Part shown: piece after piece, positions 28,885 to 43,542 of the stretch
Numbering within the stretch: position 1 is the first letter of the stretch
Layout of the letters: each line of letters starts with the position of its first letter
Assembly (NCBI GenBank): GCA_012295275.1
Contig: CM022665.1
Coordinates: 36,208,001-36,272,000 of the forward strand
Direction of reading: 5' to 3'
Length of the DNA stretch: 64,000 bases
Source of the DNA: Chrysomallon squamiferum
Lineage: Eukaryota > Animalia > Mollusca
Translations under genes and position numbers: made by a program
The notes under the pieces: generated by a model
What the model saw: only the letters and a program-made list of their open reading frames with translations
Told to the model about the DNA's origin: nothing
Database searches by the model: none

Positions 28885-31252
28885 CTGTGAAAGAAATAAG
28901 ATAATTAAATAGTTTATTTTGTTATCAGTCGTAAAGAAGAAAATTAAACTGTAATTAGTGGAGATGTTTTAAAAATCACAAGCTCACTGTATATTTAAGA
29001 AAGGCTGATTATAATTAACAATACATTTATTTCAGTCCCTACAACATTTATACCGTGTAGAAACTGGTTTTCAATGCATCTGAAGTTAATTTAGTTTAAA
29101 GAACTGTGCAAACATGGTCACGTATCGAAAATTGACATATATTTTTAAATGGTATTCAGTACTGTTAGATGCATTGTACGTTTCCTGTTACTGTTTTAAA
29201 CGCGTAATATTCTAACGATCAAAAGTGCAAACGTTTCAACTTTCCAGAATTCAAGATGGATGTACTTTTATACTGTGGAATAATTAACAGATCAATGGAA
29301 TTAGGTCTGTGTTATTATAGTAATTCAAATCAATTATATATAAAATATATAAAAAATAGAGAGATTTCATTTATTTATTTTATTTAATTATTTATTTAAT
29401 TTATTTATTTATTTACTTATTTATTTATTTATTCGTTTGTTTGTTTTCTTGATTATTATTTGACCTTTTTTAACCTTATTCTTATTAATATTTTTTCTTC
29501 TTCTTAAACTAAAGAGCTGCCGTCGCCTGGAGCATTTGCTGTGTGCAGCGGTTGTGAAACTCATGACACCAAATACCCGGAGGACTGCCACTCGCCTCCA
29601 TTTTTAATTTCACTTCTTACCATGTCTCTGGATTTATCCAATTAAAACGAAGAACGTTGTGAAATTCCTGTCACGCGGTAACGACAACGACCAGCTGGCG
29701 AGGTGCCCGCAGTGCAAATTGTATTAAAACTAAGTCATCCAGCTCAGACTTAACACTCGCTGTACTGAACAAGATGAGCTTCTGAAGACTTTCAGATCAT
29801 TCGTAATTGTCAAGACGATATTTTCAATTTTGAAAAATTGCGGTAATAATTATTATTGCCTTATACACCGGCAGTTTGGAAAGATAAATTATACTTCTTT
29901 TTTTTTTCCCCCTGTTATTTAATTTTTTTTTTTTTTTTTTTTTTTTTAAATTCCAAATATATCGTGTTGTATTAGATATTATATTATATTATATTATTAT
30001 ATCATATTAAAGATGGATATTGTTTTGAAGCGTTCACTTCGTTGTACTCAGTTAATGTTATTGCACTTTTCGATATTGATAACCACAACAGGAATGTACT
30101 TTTAAAAAATGTCGAAAGCGTAAAGAAAGAAAGAATGAATGAATGAATGAATGAATTGTTTTTTTTTTTTTTTTTTTTTTGGTTCCTCTGTACATTTTAA
30201 TAATAATGATTTTGAAATGTAAACTGGTGCACTGATGAAAAGAGAAGATAACAAGAAAATTCTTAATTTTTACCTTCAAGATTAGTCGTTGCTGTTAAGA
30301 AGACATTTTGTTACGTATACTTCCAAATGATTGATTTATAACTTGACCCACTTTCTGATAACTGTAATATTTAATATTAAAATAATAAACCCGTTGTTTC
30401 GTTCCTACAAAAGCAAGAGAATTTATCAATGTTTGATTTTTTGTTGTTGTTTTTTTGTTTGTTTCTTGTTGTGTTTTTCTGGGGGTTTTTCCTTCTACCT
30501 CCAAATATGGTCTTTATATTTCTGTGTATATAGTCATACTTATTTAACAATGGAGCGACAGTCTTACTTACAAGCCAGTTATTATGCTTTATTACCTTGA
30601 ACTGTTTGGGGCCAGTGTGAGATGAAGCAGTCGTTTTGAAGAATACAAATACATTTTCACCGACAAATGACCTCTTCAAGTCATGAAATCGAAATATAAT
30701 CATTGGTAAACGTACTTGTGACATTTCATTAGAGAAGCGATCTTTGACATACAACTAATTAATATAGGTGGCACAGAATGATATATTAACAGCCGTATAC
30801 AGCACGCTCATATTAGACTGATTAAAACAAGAAAATTCGTTAATTTTGAATTAGGTACGCGTACATACGATTCTCATAAACCACACTGCTGTTCAGTATG
30901 GGTTACTACATTACTTGTTATATACAAACAGGCTTACGATTTTGAACGATAGTTGTATTAGTGAACATAGTCTCCACAAGAAAACATTTGTTGTTTAAAA
31001 GTAATATTAACAGTAATATTAATTCAATACAAACTGCCAAAGAATTTTAGATATTAGTAACTGCTAGAATTATTGCACTGAATATTTTATTGTTATTAAA
31101 TGGAATGCTGTGGTGTGGGTGTACACATGTTGATGCAAATGTAACTAATAATTACTTGATATCCGTGATGACGATAGCTGTCATAAAATTTTCAAAGATT
31201 TTTTTTTAATTATTATTATTATTATATTTTTTATTATTAATATTTTTAGTTT

Positions 31253-31326
<74 letters not shown>

Positions 31327-31451
31327 AAATGTATGTATCATGCTGTACGTACGTATTAAATAATCATTCTTTGACAAGTACATAACTATGTATACCCATA
31401 CATAAAATTCTTCGTCAGTCTATTTTCCAAGTAACTTGTACCTTCAAACGT

Positions 31452-31671
31452 TGAACTTTTCGAACTTTTCCTGTTTTCTCTCTGTCTGTTTCCTCACTAG
31501 TGACATCTGCTCTGACTGATGACAAACAGTCGCTGACCCAGCCAGTCATAAAGAGCCGGATTTTAAAATCTGCTTCTCTTTTTTTTCTGACATCTGCGGC
31601 AGACAGTTACTTCTCCGATCACTGCCCAGTTTTCCTTGATTCATACGTCTAAGCATTTAATTACATCTAGT
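31452..31671 (+). repeat. 220-bp inverted repeat, left arm
   Basis: Reverse complement of 35560-35779, 4 mismatches by manual comparison. Confidence 0.97.
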
Positions 31672-33270
31672 TGAAAATAAAACTCAGTTGCTTCCCTTTG
31701 CTTTTCAGAATTGGAAGCATCTGTATCATACGGCGCCATGACAATTAACCCGTTTCATTACTCTAAATAAACTCTTGCTTTTAGATAAGAGGGGGAAAAA
31801 AGATGAAGAAGAAAAAGAGCCTGATAAATAGTTCATTGAGAAAGAAATGTTAAGTTGTTTAAAGTAGAGAAAGTACATAATCGGTCTCTTTGACAAAGTA
31901 TATTCTATTACCTGTGTTGTGATGTAGGTATATAAATGTATATATTTGTATTATGTAGGTATGTATATAGGTTCTTTTGTTGTCGATGACTTTGTGGGGG
32001 CGGGTTGTGCTTTTTGGGGGGTTGGAGGCTTTTTTTTAAATATGTTTCTTTGAAGTTATGCAGCAAAGACATTAATACTCAACTGACATGCAAGAGAAGG
32101 TATTAACATTCGTTTTTCAAGATAACAACTTTTTTTATTAACGCTGGATTTTGCAAGACTTGGGTTTCTAAAGTAATGTTAGATCTGATGGAGGTTACTT
32201 TTGTATAATTGTTTTTGCATATTTTACTCAGTTCTTATAATAAACGTATATATTTAGATATCCTATCAAAAAATCAAAACAATAATCTTTCTTTAACGAA
32301 ATAATATCTTTTTATAAGATATTTTTTTTCAGTTTAATATGCGAATAAATGATAATTAATTATTTTGTAATAATTTGGACCTGACAGTTTTAATATTTGC
32401 AGTAGTGAGAGAAACTTCCAGGCCACGATGGAGACTGCGGCTCTTGACATTTAGTTAGATTTGTCATCAGTTAGATTTGTCTCACAATGTAAAACCCGCC
32501 CCTAAAATATACTAATAAATACTCGTATACATGTCTTTACACGGAAAGTATTTTGTTTTTACACATAGCTGTACTTTAATATTTGCAGCACAGAGTGAGG
32601 TATGCGGACATTTTCCATAGCATGGAAATGTTTTGAGATCGAAAATCTGTATAGATCCACTACCATCAGACCATGACGTCATACATTACACTGCAAAAGA
32701 CATACATGTATGAGCTAGAGATTTTTGTTTCATGATGAACTTAACTATAGGTCATTTTAGTATCCGCAACGGACAGAAGGGAACAGCGTCCCAAGTCGGC
32801 GGTACTTGCGGAATTTTGAAGCCATAACACACCGTTGAATCCACACACATCAGACATAAACGTGAGCTAACACGGAAACTGTATTTGTTTCAACAGATAA
32901 TTAACTAACACGTCAAGCCTGTCAGGCTCGGTAACCGAAAACGTACAAGTGACGTGCCTTATTATATGAGTCTTCACTGCTCCTCTAAATGGAGATCTGA
33001 CAAGATGTGTCGTTCATTTCTTACCCCGGGGCTTTCCAAACCAATAATACGAGGGCGCGATCGCTGCTGGAAGACAAACAAGAGTTTCTGGACGCGCGGA
33101 TGACCACAGAGATGTTCAACATCGACACAGAGCAGGTCAAGTAAAGTGTCATCTTAATGTTCCAGTGATTACCAGTCTGCGTTGCACGGGTAGCCGATAA
33201 TATACGGCTTGATTATAAGAGATGCATTTTTACATGCATTTGACTCACTTAGGTAACAAATAATAATAAC

Positions 33271-33308
<38 letters not shown>

Positions 33309-33549
33309 ATCTTTTTATTTGAACTTTTATACGAGAATATTATCACCATCGATACTTTATCGTCATCGTCATCATCATCGTATTATTATTATTAATGTTT
33401 CCCCAAATGGTATGTATTTTCTTTTCTAATGAGAATTTGCACATAAAAGAGGTACTGAAATACGGCTGTCGTTTTAAACAAAATTAATATTCACTCATGC
33501 TTTGTTATCATATAATCATCATCATCATCACAATAATAATAATTATAAC

Positions 33550-33600
<51 letters not shown>

Positions 33601-35559
33601 ATGGCAAATAGAAAAATGAGCTCCAAATAACAATGCAGTTTGCATGAACGAAACCTTTAACTTGAAATATTCGGACTCCAGCCTGTTATGAAAGAAGAAA
33701 AATAGAGTTTCTGTTTTGCATAATTATATAAATGACGCATTCAGATTTCACCGGGAAAACATAAAATCTTATCTCAGGTTAGCTATTACATGTGCATCAG
33801 TCAGTTAACAAATATTATCGAGGAAGTGAAAATTTACCTGTGGTGATAAATAGTTTCATTTTCGCCGATATAATCTCATATTTACGCTAAATTGAACTTA
33901 ATCGTATTTACCACCAAAGCGGTAATAACTGTAAAGTGTCGGTAGAATGTAACGGCAAATTATGTATTCATATAAGAGGTATACGATGATTATTTATATA
34001 TCATGTGTTTATTCGGTACTGTTTAACCTATCGAGCGACCAGCATGACTAGTGAATAAAAAATGTATAGCTCTGGAGAGGTAACGATTCTGCTTATATAT
34101 AATTATAGCCGATCGTAAAGACTTTCAACTTTGTACATTGATTTTCAGCACGGATTTAAATGTATTAAGTTGCCGTTGTGCTATCTTCCACAACAGCTTT
34201 GTTTCGTTCGTTTCGTTTGACTTTTTTTTCTCTTTTTTTTTGATTTTTCTTTCTATTTTTTTCTTCTCTTTTGTATGATGACTTTTCGGCTAATAATGCC
34301 GGCGACGATGAAGACCATGGTAATTTAGTCATCATTCGTCAGACATGCGGTAATCTTTCGAGATGCAAATAATAAGCCGCATATGAGTATTATGGTTTTT
34401 ATTTTATATTATATAACTTGAATATGTATGGTCTTTAAAGCAGAATTTGTAATCGCTTAGGGCATCTCGTCGTTTGAAATAGCATTAGGAAGATCTGTTT
34501 TTGTTTTAGTGCTAACAATCCTCTTTGATAACATCTTGAATGCGGGTTGAGAAAAGTGGTTCCCGAAGACACCAACCACTCTCTCCCATAAAAACCCAGT
34601 CTTTTTATTTCATTCATTTTATAATAGTATTTGCATCAAAAATATATAGAAAAAGCCATTGAATTAATATATTACCGCGGTAGGAAAAATTTGTTGACAT
34701 TTTTTATATATATAATTATTAGTAGGATCCGAACTCGGATCCTACGAATTTATTACACAGTAGGACTAATAACCACACTGCGCTTTCTGTTTTCATAGGC
34801 TGGCTTCCTTAAGCTTTATAAGTCACATTATTTGCAATTAAATTTGTATGCATTGTACTGAGTAACATCTAAAAAACAATATCTGATAACAGTCACCCAT
34901 TAAAGTTAAACACGGACATCGCATGGAAACAAGCTGAATCGTGAGTTCTATGTTTTGTATAATCAATAGCTGCTGTTTAAATGCACAAAGAAGAATCTGT
35001 ATGCAGTAAGTCTAGACTGATAAATCCATTACTGTTCAAACAATATCCCTTACCGTAAAACATCGAAGAAGAAAAGAAGACACATAAAAGCCATACATTA
35101 TTGACATATATTTGTATAAATGAAGATTAATGGATTAAAGTTACATAATTTTAAAACTCTCTTCTTTTTGTTTTCATTCTTTCTTTCTTTTTCTTCCATA
35201 TAAGTATAATAAAAGGGTTAATTCACATCGTTTCATCTCTGTTTCTAATCGGAAAGGACAACCAGAAAATTCTCATGAGTAACGAAAAACACTGACCGAA
35301 AACCAAATCTGTTTTCTCTCTAGCAGTGATTTTATTTCTCTATTTGAATACAAGAACAAATAAACAATGGCTACAAACAAGAATAAACTTAAATATTTAT
35401 AGAAAAACACCATCGTGGTTAGCAAACACTTAATCAATTAGAACAAAAAAAAAAAAAAAAAAACACGAAAAAGAACAAACAAAAACGAACAGATACAGTA
35501 TAACTTAAAACATAACAGTTAATCGTAAAATAACAGAAAACATACATACTCGTATTTGT

Positions 35560-35779
35560 ACTAGATGTAATTAAATGCTTAGACGTATGAATCAAGGAAA
35601 ATTGGGCAGTGATCGGAGAAGTAACTGTCTGCCGCAGATGTCAGAAAACAAAGAGAAGCAGATTTTAAAATCCGGCTCTTTATGACTGGCTGGGTCAGCG
35701 ACTGTTTGTCATCAGTCAGAGCAGATGTCACCAGTCAGGAAACAGACAGAGAGAAAACAGGAAAAGTTCGAAAAGTTCA
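35560..35779 (-). repeat. 220-bp inverted repeat, right arm
   Basis: Reverse complement of 31452-31671. Confidence 0.97.
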
Positions 35780-36401
35780 TTGTACTGAATGAAGAACATC
35801 ATTATTTTTTTATTTTTTTATTATTATTACTATTATTTTAACTGGGCATTTTACCAAATTAATTAAGGCGTAAGATTCTAAAAGAAATATTTTCTTTAAA
35901 TATTACACTTCGGAAATTACTATAGATTAATACCACTGTCATTCATTCATTCATTCATCATTTAAAAAGTATATTATATCCTAATTTTTACAGAACTTTT
36001 TTTGTAGGCTTCCTAAAAGTATTGTTTGTATAAATCAAGGTAAATAGATTTTCAATAAATAAATATTAAAGTTTTTACGTATTAAACAGTGGTGTCTTTG
36101 TACTAACAGTCTGATAGCAGTCGATTAATGGTAATAACCAGACGTACTCACGTGACATTAAATAACTCTAATTCTGTGTGTCAGTCGTTCTCTCTTCAGT
36201 GCATATAGTTAAGTATGCAAAATATGTCCTCTTTAATTTAAATAGTAACCAGATTTAATAAGTATTCTTAAGAAATCGCGTATTTGTCAAATTACAGAGC
36301 AGTTCAGCTCAAGCCAAGGATAACTGTGTCAGGAAGATTGTATTAGCATACTATCCAATAAGAAACGAGACACCATGTTTTTTTTTTATTATTATTATTA
36401 T

Positions 36402-36435
<34 letters not shown>

Positions 36436-37870
36436 AAACTAAAGGAAAGGTTTCAAATAAGTAGGAAACCATGCAAAAAGAAAAAGAAAAAAAAAATTAT
36501 GGCTGCTGCCCTTTTTTGTGTCCATTAAAAGTTTTAAAATGCTGAAACTTAAAGAATGATGACGTCAAACGTCAAACCAATATTTTCTAGATTAATCAGG
36601 AAACCCGTGGTAGAAGGACATTTGCGTAACAATGTGTAAATTAGACGGAACTGGCAAAGTAGAGCCAGAAATAATGAGATACCACTAAGAAGCTTGTAAT
36701 GAAGAAAAGCAGTGGTAATAGATTTCATAAAACCATACACTAATAACAAAAAGAAATATAAATAGATAAAAATAAAAGTAAAATGAAAAAAAGAATAATA
36801 GAAAATGAAAAGAAGAACAAAGTAACAATGACAAAGTAAACGAAAAAAAACAAAGGAAAAAAAAAGCAACAACACACAGACACACACACACACACACACA
36901 CACATATTCCAAAATGAAGAACAAGGATACATAAAAAACAAGTTTGAGAAATAGATAATAAATAAAACTGAAATAAAAGAAGAAAAGAAAACAAGAAAAA
37001 AAAAAACATGAATAGAAACACTAAAAAGAAAAGTCTTGAAGGGAAAACGAGAAGAACGAAGAAAAGAGAAATGGAAAATGAAGAAGACCAAACAAAAAAA
37101 AAAGAAAAAGAAGAGAAAATTAACAGAAGGAGAAAACGTAGAGAAAAGGCCCAGAAAAAAAAAAAAGAAAAAAAAAAAAAAAAAAAAAGAAGAAATCGAG
37201 AAAAAACAGAAAAAAACACAAGAAGAATCAAGAAGAGGAATAAATAAGGAATACAAATTAAGACTGGGATATAAAACAAATTTAACTCGGCATTTGTAAA
37301 ATATTGTCCTCGTTAACATATGACTCCCATATTGATTGTATAAGGGAAAACACAGTAATAACGGATAAATCAGCGTATGGTAAAACAAACAATGAAAATA
37401 AAACCGCTGTCTTTGTCAGAATGTCTTTATTTTAAAAAGAAAAAAAAAAAAAAAAAAAAAAGAAGTCCAATCTGTTGTCGGTTACAGTATTTTGTTTTTC
37501 TGTTTCTCAGTTAAAACATGTTCAGTTATCATGCTTACATGAGGAAAACACAAATACTGCAAGGCTTAATGATAGAGCTGCGTGTCAAGCGGCTTTTTCT
37601 GAGCGACGTTAAAGTTATTAACGGTTCTCTTTCGTGTTTAGATTCTCGGTAAATTGTGAAGGCAGGTTACCTGATAGGGGCTATTTCTCCATCACTCCTT
37701 GTTAAAAACATCTACGTATATTGAATAAAAACAATATAGTTTTCTCAGAAAGGTTTGTAGGTATAGAATCTCATCCAGCTAATAGATATCTTAGGAATGT
37801 ACGTTCTGTCTTCTAAAAACATAAACATTTTATTTGTTTCTTTTTTCTTTACCTCTTCGGATTTTCACAT

Positions 37871-38069
37871 TATTAGATTTGACAAAAAGTGCTCTTCTTC
37901 CGTTTCGTAATATTTCCATTGCAATAAATGTTGTTGTTTCTTTCTGTTTTGTTTTGTTTTGAATGTTTTTTGCTCTATTTTTTTTTTTTTTTTTCTTTTC
38001 TTTTTGAATATTAGAAAGAAAAAAATGCTTTTCTTCCGTTTCGTAATATTTCCATTGCAATAAATGTTG
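37871..38069. repeat. Short direct duplication (about 60 bp, 136 bp apart)
   Basis: TTCTTCCGTTTCGTAATATTTCCATTGCAATAAATGTTG occurs at 37895-37933 and 38031-38069, with a degenerate upstream extension. Confidence 0.85.
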
Positions 38070-39105
38070 GGGTTTTTTGGGGTGGGGGAGTTTGTATGTT
38101 TTTTGTTTTTGATGTATTTGGTTTTTTCTCGGTTAACGTTAGAAAACATTTTGAAAAAGAGTAAATAAACACCTAACATCGCTTAGAGATAAAAACAAAT
38201 CTATTATTATTATTTTTTTTTTTAATGATATGTATATATTATGCGTAAGCCATGTTATTTCATATTATTATTGTTTTCAATATTAGTAGTAGTAGGAGGA
38301 ACTGTTATTGTAAACTGATTCTCATCATCATCATTTTTATTATTGTTGTTGTTTTTATTTGTTTTTTCCCTATCATAACATTTCAAAAAGAAAAAACTCT
38401 TATCGATTTAAACTTTGTTAGCAGCACTCCCTATTTCCCCACATTTCTCTCCGTCAGAATTCAGCGTCTTACATCCGTTTCCGCTACTTGCAAGCGAAGC
38501 AAAAATCTTTTCAAATTCTCTGTTATTATCATCGACTCCACCTGATCAAACTGTACTGCATTTCCATTCTCCAGAATATACGGTCAGGTTTTTCTCACGT
38601 AAACTCTCATTAAAATTATCACTCGGAAATGCCATCTTCTTCTTCCATCAGTATTTTTTTCTTATTCGTTTAAAGCATATAAATACAGCAAAGTCGCCTT
38701 TGTTTCCTTCGGCGACTTGCGAAAGAAATACTTGACCATAGATAGCTTCTAACCAGTTGGATGATAATGAAGAGAAAGTCGCAATATACTTTTCGTTTTC
38801 AATAGAAAATACTGGAGGCAATGTTTCTTCCATCCAGAAAGAGTGCGGAAGATACTGAGTACTTTAAGAAGTATTTTATTATTTTTGAAAGCAAAGAAAA
38901 ACATACAGATTGATGATAAACACCAAAACGGAGAGAAAGACAAATATATATAAATACATGCATACCATGCTATGCTAAACTACGGCATACTGTACTATAC
39001 TATACCGAACAATACTATGCTATGCTACTACATTATACTATACTATCCAAGCCTATACTATACTATACTATATATACTATACTATGCATACATACATTCA
39101 GACAA

Positions 39106-39136
<31 letters not shown>

Positions 39137-41033
39137 TACATACATACAAACACACATACATATATACCTAACAATTATATCCAGTACAAACAGAATAACA
39201 TAACTGTATGTGCACAGTATACAGCCAGACAATATTTATTATAAGATTGTTTGTTTGTGTATATATGTTTGCATAATAATACTTCTAATATTCAACACTC
39301 TATTTAAACATAAACAGTCGTAAGGTTTCTGAAAACTGTTTTTAAAGATAACTGTTCTGCGTTATCAGTTCTGAAAACATATACACATAATCGATTCAAT
39401 ATGCATACATGGATTGTTCTTCAAATGAAATAAGTATGTAGTTTCAAATTCACGCGTATGCATGTATCTTTATGCATATGTGTGTGTTTGTATGAATATT
39501 TGTTTGTCTGTTTGTGTGTGAGCTTGTGGATGTATGTGTGTGTGTGTGTTTTTATGAACGTCTTTTATTGTTGTCTTTCTGTCTGTGTGAAGAATCAAAG
39601 AAAGAGATGCAGTTGTGGGTGTATGTAAACAAACCGCAAGTTAACATTTGTAAAGCATTATGCCGCTTTAAGCATTCATTTGTCCTGATGACGCACACAG
39701 TTTCAAAGAATCCAAAGTTATCATAATGCTATATTAGGAGTGTTAATGAAGTATACGACCACAAAGCTGACGTCAGAATTGAAAGCGACATTGTAGTCAA
39801 AACACCAGGACTGTTTTCTGTACCACGTTCAGCCTTTCTTGAACATGTAAATAGAAGTAATGACGTCATATTATTCAACCTTGCGCCGAAAATAAAATCG
39901 TGGTGATGTATATAATAAGTATGGCTTGACCTTTATTTACTGATGAAAATAACTTTTAAAATTAACCTTTCAGAAGGTCTCCGAACTCTGCTGAGTCTTA
40001 TAATATTTTTAATTATGTGAGGCTAAATTTAATATTATGTATGTATGTATGTATGTATGTATGTATGTATGTATGTATGTATGTATGTATGTATGTATGT
40101 ATGTATGTATGTATGTGTATGTATGTATGTATATACGTACGTACGTATGTTGGTAGGCTGGTTTGCATTGTTGACGCATATACATGATTATACGAGTAAA
40201 TAATTAGATGCATCAAGTTAAAGATATATTGTGTCCATATTTGTTTTTGAAGGTATTTTGTTTTCCAGATTTTATTTATTTATTTATTTTTTTAAGATTT
40301 TTTTTTTACTAGTTTAAACATGTGTACATAATATTCTGCAAAAATCGATATTCTTTTCATTTTAAAATTTAAATAATGTTGTGCATTATTCTGTTCCGTT
40401 TCTGATGGGAATAAAAAAAAATTGTTTTAAGAAAACATCATAAAACACAATCCATTTGTATCTTCACATTCGTTGTTTCAATTAATTATTAATCTTTGTT
40501 TTTAACTGGTGTTGTTAATGCAGTTTTTTTATTTTACTATTTCTTATCTTACACTGTTACTGCTATCATCACTGTTACTACTACAACTACATCTACTACA
40601 TTTACTATAGTTAGTTCTGCCTCAGATATTAATAACGATACAACTACTACAATTACTATTATATAAATATTTATGTTGTTAATACTGCTGACACTGCAAC
40701 TGTTACTGTTATTACTATTACTATTAATAATAGTACTGCAATTATTAATACAATTTACTACTACAGACATCACCACCATTCCAAAATCTGTAACTGCTGC
40801 TGCTATTACAACTACATTTACGTCGTTTAAATTACTGCTCTACTAGAACCAACACCACCATCACATCACCACCACTGATATTAATACTTATGTTATTGTT
40901 CCTATAATTATAACCATCATTAACAATACGAGCAGGAACGATGCTTCCAAGCTACAAAAAAGAAATATCTATTTGTGGAAACAATCCACAATGCAGATTT
41001 TATCCTCTGATTATAATAGCATTCTGAATTAAA

Positions 41034-41089
<56 letters not shown>

Positions 41090-41614
41090 GGACCAGACAC
41101 AAACTAAAAATTTACAATAACTTGAATCCGGCTTTCGAAGACTTTTGAATAACAATTAGCCCGGAAACAATGACGGCGTAGATGAAAAGTCGCTGATAAT
41201 CGCGCCTGTATTGGGAGTTTTACGGTATCACAACGGTGCGGACAACGGAGCCTGGGGTTAGGCAACAAGAACAGATTTTAAATTAGTTTCTTTGTGTTAT
41301 CTCTGTGTGTCGTTCTCGAGTTCAAAGGAACACACGTTCATAGAATAACGACATATTAGCACAGTGGAGAAGTAAAAAGAAGAAAAGAAGAGGGTAAAAA
41401 AAAAAGAAGAAAAGAAAACGTGTGTAATGAATGGCCAATGGCAGTTTAAAATAAATTACATACTCTGTGGTATCTCGATAAGTGAATGCGTGTGTTTATA
41501 GCGATGTTTGAGAGTTTAATAAGCGTTTTTTTGTTGTTGTTGTTGTTGGTTTTTTTTTGAAGTTTAAGAAGACAATATGAAAACGAAGGAAAGAAAGAAT
41601 GAATAAAAGAAAAA

Positions 41615-41680
<66 letters not shown>

Positions 41681-42715
41681 AACCGAAAGAAAAAAGAAAA
41701 AGAATAAAGAAAATGAAATTAAAAAAAGGGGATTTAAAAGTAGTAGAATAAAATGTGCATACCGTTAAACCTAGATAATTATGACAATTATGTTTGACTT
41801 CTTTTTAAAACGTATGGCATAGAGAACATATTTCACTGAAAGTATCAACATATTTCACTGAAAGTATCCATTCATTATTTCAGTCTTGTGTCTGCATATT
41901 TTGATATTAATCATTGCATTCTGTATGTGCACTTGCATCAGTCATTTTATTTATCTGTGATAAACATCACTTGTCATGAATTCGTTTTTAAGACATATTA
42001 AAATATTTTTAAATTTTTAAATTTTTTGATTGTTTTAGACACTGAATATATATTTAAACATTAATCATTTCATGCAGTGAGTTAATCATTTAATTTATCT
42101 ATAACATATAGCTAACCTGGACGTATACATTAAAACCTACATTTTGTATGTGATTATGAGTCAAAACATCCATTAGTTTTTAGATAGTTTTACATTAATC
42201 ATTTCTCAGTGATATACAGTTTGTATATTATATTAAAAGCTGCTTATATTTTGGTTCTTTCAGATATGCTGTATATATTTTTACATTAATCATGTCATTC
42301 TCTGTTTGTATTTGTATTAATCATATACGTAACATATATCTTACCAGCACATGCATTAATTTTAAAATAAACATAAATATTAATTTTGCATGCAATTGTG
42401 TTTTGTGTGAATGTGTGCATTCGTTCATTCAAATTATTTATGTATTTTCGATTCCTGTGTTTATGACAAACAACGTCACCAACGCGGTCGTTAATTTTTG
42501 TTTATTTGTTGTTGTTGCGGTTTTGGGGGGATTTTATATTATTTTTATTTTATTTTTTTTAATTTAAATTGTCTATCGCCAATTTTGTGCAGACTGATTC
42601 ATTTAAATTCAGACAGATAATTATGGCTTTTATAGCACAGATCATTAATAAAAAAAATGTACATCTCTGTATCTTATCCTCTTTTTTCACATATCCAGCT
42701 CGACTAAAAGCTACA

Positions 42716-42751
<36 letters not shown>

Positions 42752-43214
42752 TAATAATAATAATAATAATAATTACAAAAAAAAACAAAAAACAACAAAA
42801 AAAAAAAAAAGAACAAAAAAATAAGAAAAGAAAGAAAGAAAAAAGCATACTATCAAATGTTGCTGATACCGTTAAAAGGTTGAAGATAATTCGCTTAATT
42901 TAGAATCTGTTACGCTGGTACTATAAACATTCAGATGATGATGATGATATTTCCATTAATTTGGAATCTACTGGTATTGATACCACACAAACTGATGTCT
43001 TTGATACCAGAATCTGAGCTGGTAATATAACTCTTATTGTCGATAATTTAAATAACTGATGCTGATAGCTTAGAATACAGATCTGAACTTGGTATAGTTA
43101 AGGTGATAAAATGTGATGAGTATGTATCTTGTGATAGCAAAATAGTTTAATTAATGATTAACAAAAACGTTAACATTTTTGATTATTACAGTAATGTTAC
43201 TGTTATATCAGAAT

Positions 43215-43295
43215 GAAAACCTTCTGCCAATCTATGGGTTACACTTATCGCTTAGCAGCAAATTACCTTTCTCAAGCCCACACACAGAAAAGTAC
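43215..43295 (+). mobile_element. Degenerate SINE fragment (MetaSINE/RUDI-like core)
   Basis: GAAAACCTTCTGCCAATCTATGGGTTACACTTATCGCTTAGCAGCAA...CCCACACACAGAAAAG resembles the molluscan SINE core as recalled, not verified by search. Confidence 0.35.
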
Positions 43296-43494
43296 TCGTT
43301 GGAAAACGAAGTTGACGATACATGAATTGTTCGACTGTGATGCTTAATAACAGTTTATATTAAAATATGCTGAGGTATTTTAAACAAATATTCCTTCATT
43401 CATTTGGTATGAGTTAATGCGAAAATAAATGAATGAATAAATAAAATAAAATAAAACAATCAAATAAATAAAATTATTTTTAAAAAGCACGACA

Positions 43495-43542
<48 letters not shown>

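Noticed and set aside
36549-37388. 279-aa Phe-rich ORF and overlapping Lys/Glu/Arg-rich ORFs
   Set aside because: Product of a strand-biased A/G-rich low-complexity tract; open in several frames, no domain motif
38415-38943. ORF cluster in non-repetitive sequence, checked as the possible missing stum exon
   Set aside because: No AIP/LN..PG signature and no suitable phase-1 donor
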